From Oscillospiraceae bacterium (lineage in GTDB: Bacteria > Bacillota > Clostridia > Oscillospirales > JAVBQB01): DNA of 64,000 bases. The notes below the pieces were generated by a model. That model made no database searches and was not told where the DNA came from. It saw only the letters and a list, made by a program, of their open reading frames with translations. Shown piece by piece: positions 24,560-34,149 of this stretch (the stretch's first letter is position 1; every line of letters begins with the position of its first letter). The stretch spans positions 21,322-85,321 of the forward strand of contig CAXXFP010000002.1 of assembly GCA_963678505.2 (NCBI GenBank). Direction: 5' to 3'. The position numbers and the translations under genes are program-made.

Positions 24560-24666
24560 GCCCGTTCTCCTTCCGGCTCACAAAATCGCGCGCGCTTACC
24601 GTGAGCCGGATAAGACGCAGGATCAATCAATGAAAAAGGGGCAGCTAGCCGGACAAAAAACGTAAA

Positions 24667-25524
24667 CTAAGCGCCGCTGAAGAAAACCGTTTTCATTTTC
24701 AGCGCATCCTCCGCCTGCGTCCCCGCGGACTCGCAAATGACGACCGGGCAATATTCCCGCTCGCGCAGTATGCGTGCCGCCGGGGCAAACTCGGGGCCGT
24801 ACTGATCATTATCAAACGTCAGGTGACGTACCTCGCCGGCAGAGGAATACTCTATTTTGGAAAAATGAATATGCATGCGCCGTGCTCTTTTCAGGCCAAG
24901 CGCATGCTCGAGCGCGTCAAACACGAAGATAAACTGCTCGTCTGTGGTAAGCGCGCCCTGACTGCGGGCATAAAGATGCCCAAAATCGACACACGGCAGC
25001 AGCCTCTCGTCGCACGCGCACAGCGCGGTCACTTCGTCGAGCGAGCCCAGGCTTTTGACCTTGCCCATGGTCTCAAGGCACAGCGTAATATCCGAAATTC
25101 CCTCCTGCTCCATCAGCGAAAGGGCGGCCTGGATACAGCTTCGCGCGTTTATAATCGCCTTTGGCCTGTCCGATTCGGCCATAGAGCCCGCGTGCACCAC
25201 CACGCGCGCAGCGCCCATCCAGGCGGCGGCGCGCACGCTTTGCAGAATATACCGCAGGTTTGCCTCCACGCGCTCAGGCACGCCGCTGGTCAGGCTGATG
25301 TAGTACGGGGCGTGAAGCGACAGCGCGATGCCGTGCACGCGCGCCTGCTCGCCGATTCTCCCGGCCGTCTGCTTGCCGATGTTTACTCCGCGCCCGCACT
25401 GATATTCATAGGCGTCAAGTCCCATTCCGGCAAGCCACGCCGGAGCCTTGACAGTAACGTTGCCCTCCTGCCGTATAAAGCTCAGGCTGTTGCCCGCCGG
25501 GCCAAACAACGCTTTCAACGTCAC
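24667..25524 (-). CDS. Xylose-isomerase-like TIM-barrel protein (AP endonuclease family 2 / Nfo-like)
   Basis: LSLHAPYYISL, VVVHAG, CLETMG and HIHFSKIEY resemble endonuclease IV-type metal sites. The GTG start overlaps the yqeG stop codon (GTGA). Confidence 0.6.
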   Translation of the reverse strand: MTLKALFGPAGNSLSFIRQEGNVTVKAPAWLAGMGLDAYEYQCGRGVNIGKQTAGRIGEQARVHGIALSLHAPYYISLTSGVPERVEANLRYILQSVRAAAWMGAARVVVHAGSMAESDRPKAIINARSCIQAALSLMEQEGISDITLCLETMGKVKSLGSLDEVTALCACDERLLPCVDFGHLYARSQGALTTDEQFIFVFDALEHALGLKRARRMHIHFSKIEYSSAGEVRHLTFDNDQYGPEFAPAARILREREYCPVVICESAGTQAEDALKMKTVFFSGA

Positions 25525-26030
25525 TCGTCCCCCTTGAACACGTGTTTGGCGCGGCGAATGAGCGGCAGCTCAAGTGCGCGGCGCAGCCGGTAAAATTTAT
25601 TCCCTTTCAAATTAAACGGGTCAACGATAATGGCGGTCATCCCGCAGCGCTTGGCGCCCCAGACATCGGTAAAAATCTGATCGCCCACGACCGCGACGCG
25701 GTCTGCCGGAAGACCAAGCATGGCCGCGGCCTTTAAATAACCGCGTTTCAATGGCTTGCGCGCTCCGCCGACAAAGCGCACGCCCAGCGGCGCGCAGAAC
25801 ACCTCCACGCGGGCGCTGTTATTGTTTGATAATACGATCACTTCGATGCCGCTTGAAGTAAGCCCCGTCACCCAATCAACCGCGGATTGGGGCGGGTGCT
25901 CATCGCCGTAACCGGCGAGCGTGTTGTCAAGATCAAGGATCAGGCCTTTTATCTGACGCGATTTCAGCCAGTCCGGCCGAATATCTGCAATTCGGGAAAA
26001 AGCCGCGTCCGGGATGAGGCGAGAAGACAT
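25521..26030 (-). CDS. yqeG: YqeG-family HAD-IIIA phosphatase
   Basis: GLILDLDNTLAGYG...VLSNNNSARV...VGDQIFTDVWGAKRCGM. ATG at 26028-26030 with GGGAGGG upstream. Confidence 0.85.
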   Translation of the reverse strand: MSSRLIPDAAFSRIADIRPDWLKSRQIKGLILDLDNTLAGYGDEHPPQSAVDWVTGLTSSGIEVIVLSNNNSARVEVFCAPLGVRFVGGARKPLKRGYLKAAAMLGLPADRVAVVGDQIFTDVWGAKRCGMTAIIVDPFNLKGNKFYRLRRALELPLIRRAKHVFKGDE

Positions 26031-26062
26031 GTGCTCCCTCCCGAATATATTGAATTTAGCGC

Positions 26063-26086
26063 AAATATATATAGAGATATATATTT
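26063..26086. repeat. Perfect 10-bp AT inverted repeat (AAATATATAT-AGAG-ATATATATTT) in a divergent promoter region
   Basis: Read directly from the sequence, between the yqeG start (26030) and the start of the plus-strand ORF (26132). Confidence 0.8.
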
Positions 26087-26131
26087 TCTTTATTATACCA
26101 TTATTTTGTACGGGAACAAGGGGGACAGGAC

Positions 26132-26917
26132 ATGAACAGCAAAATTTCGGTTGTTTTGACGACGCCGCCCGCTCTGGCGCATGCCGCATCCCGTTATAAC
26201 CTGCCGCTTGCACATATGGCCTACCGGGTCGGCCCCGGGCTGCGCCTGCTGCGCGGAAATGTGCGCACATCCACGCGCGGCGGCTTTATAACGCTGTCCG
26301 ACGCGCAATACCTTGAGCAGGGCGGCAGCGCCTCCCTGCTTGCGCGCGAGGTTATGGGCGAATGTCTGGAATATGGTTTTCGCGGAGTCGTGGCGGATTT
26401 CGCCGGCACGCCCACGCAGAGCCTGACCGCGTTTATAAAAGAGGCGGCGGCCAGCCTGAGCGCAAACCGGCTCACGCTTTATGTCGGCACGGCATACGCG
26501 CAGTTTTCCGCTGAAACGACCGTACTTGTCTCTTCAAATGTGACCGGCGGCTCCCTGCGCGCACGGCTTGAGGAATCGGTCGCAGCATACGGCCTGGGCC
26601 GCGTCGCGCTGGACACGGGCAGGCTCTGCCATGATTTTATCCTGCCCTCTCCCGAGCCTGAGGGGAAAAAGCTGGAGCTGAAGGCACTTTCCACCCTGAT
26701 TGACCGGCTGCGGCCCATGACTTTTTATTCAAACGAGCTATGCGCCAATTATTTTACATACCGAGATGATGCGGGCGGCATGCATTTTGTCCTGTACGAT
26801 AACGCGCACACGCTGGCCAAAAAGCTGTACACCGCGAACCTGCTGGGCATCCGGGAGGCGTTTTTGCTTTATCCGGAGATCGAGGATCTCCTGGATGATA
26901 TCCTTTCACAGATCTAA
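26132..26917 (+). CDS. Hypothetical protein (possibly a degenerate GH18-like fold)
   Basis: 261-aa ORF with GGGGGA upstream. The C-terminal segment FVLYDNAHTLAKKLYTANLLGIREAFLLYPE is reminiscent of GH18-like domains. This is weak. Confidence 0.5.
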   Translation: MNSKISVVLTTPPALAHAASRYNLPLAHMAYRVGPGLRLLRGNVRTSTRGGFITLSDAQYLEQGGSASLLAREVMGECLEYGFRGVVADFAGTPTQSLTAFIKEAAASLSANRLTLYVGTAYAQFSAETTVLVSSNVTGGSLRARLEESVAAYGLGRVALDTGRLCHDFILPSPEPEGKKLELKALSTLIDRLRPMTFYSNELCANYFTYRDDAGGMHFVLYDNAHTLAKKLYTANLLGIREAFLLYPEIEDLLDDILSQI

Positions 26918-26950
26918 TCCAGCTATTCGCCGGAGATAAATGCACAAAAC

Positions 26951-26977
26951 AAAAAGCCCCGCAAAAAGCGGGGCTTT
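26951..26977. terminator. Bidirectional intrinsic terminator (mainly for rpsU)
   Basis: GCCCCGC-AAAAA-GCGGGGC flanked by an A-run and a T-run. Confidence 0.75.
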
Positions 26978-27037
26978 AACATTGCGCTATCAACCGGCAG
27001 AAAACGTCTTGAGTTGGAAAACTGAAATAAGCAGGGC

Positions 27038-27220
27038 TTATTTAAATTTCTTCTTCTTGGCCCTGGCTGCCTCTGATTTTTTACGGCGTTTAACGCTCGG
27101 GCTTTCGTAATGCTCTCTCTTGCGCAGCTCGGAAAGGACGCCCGCCTTCGCACAATTGCGTTTAAATCTTTTGAGTGCTGAATCGATGGATTCATTCTCT
27201 TTCACTCTGACTTCCGACAT
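27038..27220 (-). CDS. rpsU: 30S ribosomal protein S21
   Basis: [51 protein letters not shown] at 27218-27220 after GAGGGAGGG. Confidence 0.93.
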   Translation of the reverse strand: MSEVRVKENESIDSALKRFKRNCAKAGVLSELRKREHYESPSVKRRKKSEAARAKKKKFK

Positions 27221-27290
27221 TGTTTTCCCTCCCTCCGCGCGCTTTTTTACAGCGCCTAACAAGGACATGCGTTTACACTGACTAAGGAAT

Positions 27291-27319
27291 ATTATATTGG
27301 CCGTTTGAACTTATGTCAA
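27291..27319 (-). promoter_or_regulatory. Promoter for rpsU (TTGACA-17-TATAAT)
   Basis: Perfect hexamers on the minus strand at 27314-27319 and 27291-27296. Confidence 0.6.
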
Positions 27320-27559
27320 GCAAAACGGGCCAAAGGTTCACAATTATTTTACTTTTAGAATGTTCACGAATTAATTTACAGGCCGCCGCGCGTCGCAACA
27401 CCGTGTTTTTGCACCGTTTTTTATGGCTGTGCCCCTCGTCCGAAGACGTATACGGCATGCCGGCGCCGCCGCTGCCCTTACACCATTATATACACGCGGT
27501 CCCCTCGGCGTCCGGGACGGCGGTCGAATTATTCCGTCGGCCTGCGTGAACACGGCGCC

Positions 27560-29971
27560 TTACAGCGGCTTTACGATCAGGTTTACCAGCTTGTTTTTTA
27601 CGACGATCTGCTTAACCGCCTGCATGCCCTCAAGGCTTCTGCGGATGCGCTCATCCCCGGTAGCGGCGCGCACGGCCTCCTCGTCGGAACAGTCCGCCGC
27701 CACATGCACGGTGCCCTTGAATTTTCCGTTGACCTGTACGGCGATGTCCAGTTCCTCATCGACGCACTTGGCCGCGTCATAGTCAGGCCATGCCTGCATC
27801 ACCGCAAGCCCCTCAAAGCCGAGCATGTGCCACAGTTCCTCGCAGATGTGCGGGGCAAACGGACAAAGCAGCAGCAGCATGGCCTTGATATCGCCCCGGG
27901 CGGCGCCCTTGGCGGCAAATTCGTTTAGCAGGCTCATGAGCGACGCAATGGCAGTATTAAACTTGAGCGCTTCGATGTCCTCGGTCACCTTTTTGATGGT
28001 CTTGTTGATGAGGATCTCGTTTTCGGCGGAGTAGCCTTCCCCGCCGCGCGCGGCCTCGGCGGCCGACCATACCCGCTCCAAAAAGCGGCGGCAGCCCTTG
28101 ACCGCGTTCTGCTGCCAGGGCGCGGCCTTTTCAAAGTCGCCCAGGAACATAATGTACAGACGCATGGTGTCCGCGCCGTATTTGCTTACGATATCATTGG
28201 GGTTTACGACGTTTCCGCGGGACTTTGACATCTTTTCCCCGCCCTCGCCCAGAATCATGCCGTGGCTTGTGCGCTTAGCGTACGGCTCCTTTGTGGGAAC
28301 GACGCCGATATCAAATAAAGCCTTATGCCAGAAGCGGGAATACAGCAGATGAAGCGTGGTGTGCTCCATGCCGCCGTTATACCAGTCAACGGGCGTCCAG
28401 TAGGAAAGCGCCTGCGGCGACGCAACGGCCTGCTCGTTGTGTGGGTCTGTATAGCGCAAAAAATACCAGGAGGAACCGGCCCATTGCGGCATGGTGTGTC
28501 CGTTTCGCGCTCGGCTTTCCCACCGCAGTGCGGGCATGTCGTTTCGACCCAGTCGCGCATTTTGGCGATGGGCGACTCGCCCGTATCGGTCGGCTCGTAG
28601 CTGTCCACCTGCGGCAGCTCCAGCGGCAGCTCAGACTTGGGCAGCGCGACATAGCCGCATTTCGGGCAGTTTACAATCGGGATGGGCTCGCCCCAGTAAC
28701 GCTGACGGGAAAACACCCAGTCACGCAGCTTATAATTGACCTTTTCGCGCCCAAGTTCCTTTTCCCCAAGCCAGCGGATCATCTCTTTAATGGCGTCGGC
28801 GGTCTCCATGCCGTTTAGGAAGCCGGAATTGACCATCACGCCGGTTTCCACGTCGGTGTAGGGTGCTTCCTGCACGTTGCCGCCCGCGACGACCTCGATG
28901 ATGGGCAGATTAAACTTTTTGGCAAAGGCCCAGTCGCGCGTGTCGTGGCCGGGAACCGCCATAATGGCGCCCGTGCCGTAGCTCATGAGCACATAATCGG
29001 AAATATAAATGGGGATTTCCCCGCCGGTCACGGGGTTCACGGCGCGCACGCCGCGAAGCTCCAGGCCGGTTTTGTCCTTCTGCATTTCTGTGCGCTCAAA
29101 ATCGGACTTTTTAGCCGAGAGCACGCGGTATTCCTCCACCTGGGGCAAAGTTTTCTATTTTGTCCTTCCAGTCCATGATAAACGGATGCTCCGGCGACAT
29201 GACCATGTACGTCGCGCCGAACAGCGTATCCGGTCTGGTGGTAAATACGCGCAGCATGTCTCCGGCCGTTGTCTGAAAGTCGACCTCCGCGCCGGTGGAG
29301 CGGCCGATCCAGTTTCTCTGCTGAGATTTGACGCGCTCGGGGTAGTCAACAAGGTCAAGGTCGTCGAGCAGCCGCTGCGCGTACTTTGTGATGCGCAGCA
29401 TCCACTGGCTCTTCTCGCGGCGCACAACGGCGCTGCCGCAGCGCTCGCACACCCCGTCGACGACCTCTTCGTTTGCAAGCACGCATTTGCAGGAGGTACA
29501 CCAGTTGACGGGCATCTTTGTTTTATAAGCAAGGCCGTTTTCAAACAGCTTTAAGAAAATCCACTGCGTCCACTTATAATACCCCGGGTCGGTGGTATTC
29601 ACCTCGCGGGAATAGTCGAAGGAATAGCCCAGCAGCTTTGTCTGTTTACGAAAAAACGCGACATTTTTCTGTGTGACCTGCGCCGGGTGGATTTTGTTGG
29701 CGATGGCGAAATTCTCCGTGGGCAGCCCGAACGCGTCCCAGCCGATGGGAAAGAGCACGTTGTAGCCCTGCATACGGCGTTTACGCGCGACGACGTCCAT
29801 CGCGGTATACGGACGCGCATGTCCGACATGCAGCCCGTTGCCGGATGGATAAGGGAACTCTACGAGAACATAGTATTTTTTCTTGCTGAAATCGTCCTGT
29901 GCTCTGTAAACGCCCTGCTTTTCCCAAACTTCCTGCCACTTGCCCTCGATTGGCTCATGCTCATATCTCAT
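27560..29971 (-). pseudogene. leuS: Leucyl-tRNA synthetase, reading frame broken twice (true pseudogene or consensus error)
   Basis: Three abutting ORFs carry consecutive LeuS segments. The N-terminal segment is [13 protein letters not shown]...HVGHARPY...KDKIEN. The middle segment is [20 protein letters not shown]...CPHCGGKAERETDT. The C-terminal segment is MPQWAGSSWYFLRY...KMSKSRGN... Frame changes occur at about 29142-29155 and 28487-28500. The total span of 2412 nt equals 804 codons. Confidence 0.9.
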
Positions 29972-29976
29972 CTGTC

Positions 29977-30353
29977 TCATTCCATTCCGTGCGTATTTTC
30001 CGTATTCGTGAGCGCGCTGATATCGATGCGCTTTGCATCGCTCCACATACGCTCGAGCATATAAAATTCCCGCATATCCTTTAAAAACAGGTGAACGACC
30101 ACGCCGCTGAAATCCATCAGATCCAGCCGCCGCCCAGATATCCCTCCGTATGGTGGGTGCAGGATCTGTACCGCCGCCATCACGCGCTCCGCCTCGTCGG
30201 CCATTGCCTTGATATGCGTGGTGGACGAACCGTGCAGATAATAAAATAGTCGGCGAGTACGGTAAGCTCCGAAAGCTCAAGCAGCATGATATCAGACGCT
30301 TTTTTCGCGTCAAGCGCTTTGACTATGGCTTCCGCCATTTCTTTTGTTGTCAT
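29977..30353 (-). pseudogene. rsfS: Ribosomal silencing factor RsfS (iojap), three frame breaks
   Basis: Segments [41 protein letters not shown] / [17 protein letters not shown]... / [12 protein letters not shown] / [26 protein letters not shown] lie in different frames. Breaks are near 30230, 30155-30157 and 30120. Confidence 0.8.
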
Positions 30354-30480
30354 GAAATATCCTCCATCAGTCGCGCCGGACGGATTCTTCCGCCGGTTTT
30401 CGCGCCGTCTTATTCGTATGTGCCGGCGGCATGGCCGCCGTTTTTATCTGACTCCGAAATTTGATTAAACATGGGCAAAA

Positions 30481-31822
30481 TCAATCCACCGGCCACATTG
30501 TGCCTTCATCCGTCTCGGGGATCTCTTCGACGGGCAGCTCCGTTTCCTCTGGCGGCGGCGTTTGCCCGGGCTGAGCCTCAACCGTTTCCGCAGGCGGCTC
30601 CGGGGTCTCAGCCGGCGTTTGTGTGGGCTCCGGTGTTGCAGGCGCTTTTGTCGGCTTTGTAGTCGGCTTCGTTGTGATTTAGTGCCTCCGGATTGGGTAC
30701 CCGCCCAGCTTGATGATATCCAGATTTTCGGAGGTAATTGGCACAAGGTAGGGATTGACCGTTTGATTTACAAGCTCAATAATCCGTCCTCGTCGGCAAA
30801 CAGTTAGGATGCGCCCTTGTACATGCCGGTGCCGGTATTGGGTATCGTATAAAAGTTGATATCTTCCTCGCTGTCAAGCTTCATGATTTCGGTCGCGAAC
30901 CAGACCATTTCACCGATGGCAAGGTCGGAGCTCATATTTTTTTGAAATAATGCCGGCAAGCTCGGGGATCTTGGGTACGTTGGCAACGGTAAGCATCTGC
31001 CTGGCCGCCGCTTTCAAAAACGCCTGCGCGGTATCGATGCGCTTTAAATCCCCCGAGACATAATCCCTGTATCGCACGAGCTGGAGGGCATGCTCGCCGT
31101 CGAGCACCTGCAGGCCCTTCTGGATGCTGATATACGGGTCGCTCTTTTTCATGGTCTGCTGGACGTCAAACTCAACGCCGCCGATGGCGTCGATAAGCTT
31201 TTCAAATCCGTCAAATTTGATTACACAGTAATAGTCGGGGCTGAAACCGATCACCGTGCGCAGCGTTTTCTTCAGTCCGGCCACGCCGTCGGCGAGCTCG
31301 CCGTTTTGCTTTTGCCCACGCCGTAGGAGGCGTTGATTTTTTTGTTGGTGCGCGAAACGTTTACCATGGTGTCGCGCGGTACGCTCAGTACGTTTACCTT
31401 TCCGTTTTTCTTGTCAAAGGCCGCCACCATGATGACATCCGCGTTATAATCGGCCTCATCCGTGCCGATAAGCAGCACGGTGTAAAAGTCGTCCTTATAC
31501 CCGCCTCCCGGTGTGGGGGGAGGCGAAATGATGTCGCTTACGTCGGTTTCCTCCGCGGTTGTGTCAGGCTGCGCGGTCTTGCCGGAATCGGCTTTTTCGG
31601 CGGCGCAATAGACGCTTCGATAAGAGCCCACACGGCCAGAACAATCGCAAGAACCGATACGCTGATGAGTATAAGCGCTCTTTTTCGTCTTTTTTCGCTC
31701 ACGCGGCTCTTTTTATGCGCCCCGGTCTGCGCGGCTGAGCCGGAACGAGCCGAATCGGACTGACGCTGGGCGGGCTTCCTGTTTTTTGAATTTTTACCGC
31801 CTGAATTGCCGAATAGCTTCAT
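30481..31822 (-). pseudogene. LytR-CpsA-Psr (LCP) family protein, multiple frame breaks and in-frame stop(s)
   Basis: The TM anchor, then YTVLLIGTDEADYNADVIMVAAF...VLSVPRDT... and GFSPDYYCVIKFDGFEKLIDAIGGVEFDV...VRYRD are split over four ORFs. Breaks are at homopolymers 31593-31597, 31304-31307 and 30926-30932, with another near 30785. TAA codons lie at 30804-30806 and 30679-30681. Confidence 0.75.
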
Positions 31823-32389
31823 TCAAGTACCGTTCCCTTCATGATCAGCCAGTTTCTGCTTCCACCGTGCGCGGTGGATCAGGGCGCCCGCCTGCGAAAG
31901 CTCCGCAAGTGACATGGTCAGTCCCTTGAGTATTAGCTGCGTCCAGGTTTCGTGAGGCAAGCTCCCGCAGCGCGTCCACACCCGGAAAGTTCCGGGTCGG
32001 CTCTATGTAGTCGGCAAGATACAGGATTTTTTCAAGCAGGGTCATGTCGCCCTTGCCGGTGGTATGCCAGCGTATTGCCTGACAGATATCCTCCGCCGCG
32101 CCGTACTCTGCGCGGGCAAGCGCGCTGCCCGTCAGCGCGTGTAACAGCTTGCTTCGCAGCCTTCGACAATGTCCGGAAGTATATCATATTTTTCGCATAA
32201 TTGCAACTGTTCAGCCCGGTCAAGGCTCTTTGTCACATCATGCAAAAGCGCACCGCGGCGCGCTTTTGCTTCGTCCGCGCCAAAGCGCACGGCAAGCCTT
32301 GTCGCCTCCTGCTCACAGCCGAGCACATGCAAAAAGCGCTGGCTGTCCATGCGCTTTTCCATCTGCGTGCGAAGCGTATCAAGCTCCAT
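31819..32389 (-). pseudogene. yqeK: HD-domain bis(5'-nucleosyl)-tetraphosphatase YqeK, three to four frame breaks
   Basis: RFLHVLGCEQEATRLA...ALLHDVTKSL..., then LLHALTGSALARAEYG...IRWHTTGKGDMTLLEKILYLADYIEPTRNFPG, then ILKGLTMSLAELSQAGALIHRA/TVEA/RNWLIMKGTVLE appear in shifting frames. The reconstructed stop overlaps the LCP ATG (ATGA). Confidence 0.75.
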
Positions 32390-33023
32390 GCGTAACACCG
32401 CCCTTTTTTGCAGACGCGTGCGAAAATGCGTAATAGCCATGTGCGGCTATGTATTCAAAAACCGAAGGGGCAAGATACTCTCTTCCCTCCCCGACCGACA
32501 GCAGCGCGCGCACCTGCGAGGAGGAGATCACCACGGGCTGCGACGCGATCACGTCCGTCTGCGCGCCGTATTCACGCGCAAGCCGCTGCGCGTGTTCCCG
32601 TATCCCGTCAAGTTCCTGCGCCCCGCGCGGCAGCACGGCTACGCGGCAAAGGCTGAATATCCTCGCCGACATGTACCAGTCCTGCATGGTCAAAAACATA
32701 TCGGTGCCCACGATCAGCCACAGCCGCACCGCCGGAGCCTGCGCTTTGATTTCATCAAGCGTGTCCACGGTATAGCTTATCCCGCCGCGCTCCATTTCAG
32801 TCGCGCTGACCTGCACATAAGAAAGTTCGCCGAAGGCAAGGCGCGCCATCTCAAGGCGCGCGGCGTCCGGCGGCGCGTCCGGCGACAGGCGTTTATGCGG
32901 CGGCACGCCCGCCGGAACAATAAGCACCCGGTCAAGCCCGAGCGTCTCGCGTGCCGCATGAACCGCTTTTATATGCCCTGTGTGGGGCGGATTAAACGTC
33001 CCCCCGTAGATTCCGATGCGCAT
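32379..33023 (-). CDS. nadD: Nicotinate-nucleotide adenylyltransferase
   Basis: MRIGIYGGTFNPPHTGHI...PAGVPPHK...ISYTVDTL...ISSSQVR. The frame is intact. Confidence 0.92.
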   Translation of the reverse strand: MRIGIYGGTFNPPHTGHIKAVHAARETLGLDRVLIVPAGVPPHKRLSPDAPPDAARLEMARLAFGELSYVQVSATEMERGGISYTVDTLDEIKAQAPAVRLWLIVGTDMFLTMQDWYMSARIFSLCRVAVLPRGAQELDGIREHAQRLAREYGAQTDVIASQPVVISSSQVRALLSVGEGREYLAPSVFEYIAAHGYYAFSHASAKKGGVTHGA

Positions 33024-33036
33024 GGCCGGTTTCGCC

Positions 33037-33328
33037 TCAATCCAAAAATATCTTTTTATCCTTGGGGTTTTCACGGTACAGGACAAACCTTGTACCGATG
33101 ACCTGAACAGGCTCGCTTCCTGTCGCCTCGGAAAGCTGTGTGGCGGCCTCGCGCGCGGTAAGCCCCGCGGATTCAAGCACCCTGCCCTTGATCAGCTCGC
33201 GCGCAAGAAGCGCTTCACCGGCCGAGCGGGTCAGGTTCTCCGTAATGCCGCCCTTCCCCCACATGAATAATTGTCTCTATCCCGTTTGCCATGGCGCGCA
33301 GCTGCGCCCTCTGTCTGCTGTTTATCAT
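33037..33328 (-). pseudogene. yhbY: RNA-binding protein YhbY (CRM domain), one frame break
   Basis: MINSRQRAQLRAMANGIETIIHVG then KGGITENLTRSAGEALLARELIKGRVLE lie in adjacent frames. The break is in the run at 33256-33260. The gene is 292 nt, and 291 nt would give 96 aa. Confidence 0.8.
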
Positions 33329-33343
33329 TTCCGTACCTCCATA

Positions 33344-33945
33344 TCAATGGCCGCTTTGCTTTGCAATAATCCGGCCGCGAAGTTTTATAAGTGCTTTTGC
33401 CCGATGCGAAAGGCTGTTTTTCTGCAAAGACGTCATCTGCGCCATCGTCAGGCCGTATTCCGGTACAAAAAACAGAGGATCATAGCCGAAGCCGCCCGCG
33501 CCCTGTTCCTTAAAAAGCAGCTCGCCCTCGCATTGTCCCCGTTCAACGAACTCTGTCCCATCCGGATAAACGCAGGCCGCCGCGCAGATAAAACGGCCGC
33601 CGCGCCCGCCTGCCGGCACGTTTTGAAGCTCATGCAGGAGCTTTTTGTTTCTGTCTTCGTCCGTGCGCGCCTGCGGCGAGCCGTACCGCGCGGAGAAAAC
33701 GCCGGGCGCGCCGCCCAGTGCGTCACCTCAAGACCGGAATCGTCTGCGATGGCGGGAAGACCCGTCGCCGACATGGCCGCGCGCGCCTTGATGAGCGCGT
33801 TTTCCTCAAAGGTATTCCCTGTCTCCTCCGGTGCGGTGAAAACGCCCGCCTGCGATAGTGAAATGATTTCAATATCCAAAGAGGATAGAATGGCGCGCAG
33901 CTCCGCAAGCTTTTTTTCATTATTTGTCGCAAGCACAAATGTCAT
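33344..33945 (-). pseudogene. rdgB: dITP/XTP pyrophosphatase RdgB (HAM1 family), one frame break
   Basis: MTFVLATNNEKKLAEL...EETGNTFEENALIKA...IADDSGLEV, then DALGGAPGVFSARY...FICAAACVYPDG...GFGYDPLF...SHRAKAL in another frame. The break is near 33724. The gene is 602 nt, and 603 nt would give 200 aa. Confidence 0.8.
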
Positions 33946-34004
33946 AAGAAAACACAAATCCTTTACCGTTAGTTCCTGTTGGCAAGCAGCAAAAAGTGCA
34001 TATA

Positions 34005-34149
34005 CCATTAACCCCCTTGCACCCGAACATAAACGCCGATCAGCGTTTATGCCCACTCATACATCAAAGAATGCAGGCATAATCCTGGGGTTTCTGCCTG
34101 AAACGCGGCTAAATGCCGCGCGATAAACCGCATTTTTTCGTGCGACATC
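34005..34149. repeat. Structured intergenic repeat, copy B
   Basis: It aligns with 17457-17610 in the same plus-strand orientation. Hairpins at 34028-34051 (9 bp), 34074-34100 and 34104-34120. It ends one base before the ftsY stop codon. Confidence 0.7.

Noticed and set aside
29972-30000. An expected T-box leader upstream of leuS, and likewise upstream of lysS at 52702-52780.
   Set aside because: leuS starts 5 nt after the rsfS stop codon, so there is no room for a leader. The lysS upstream spacer is about 75 nt after the greA hairpin and shows no specifier-loop or T-box sequence.
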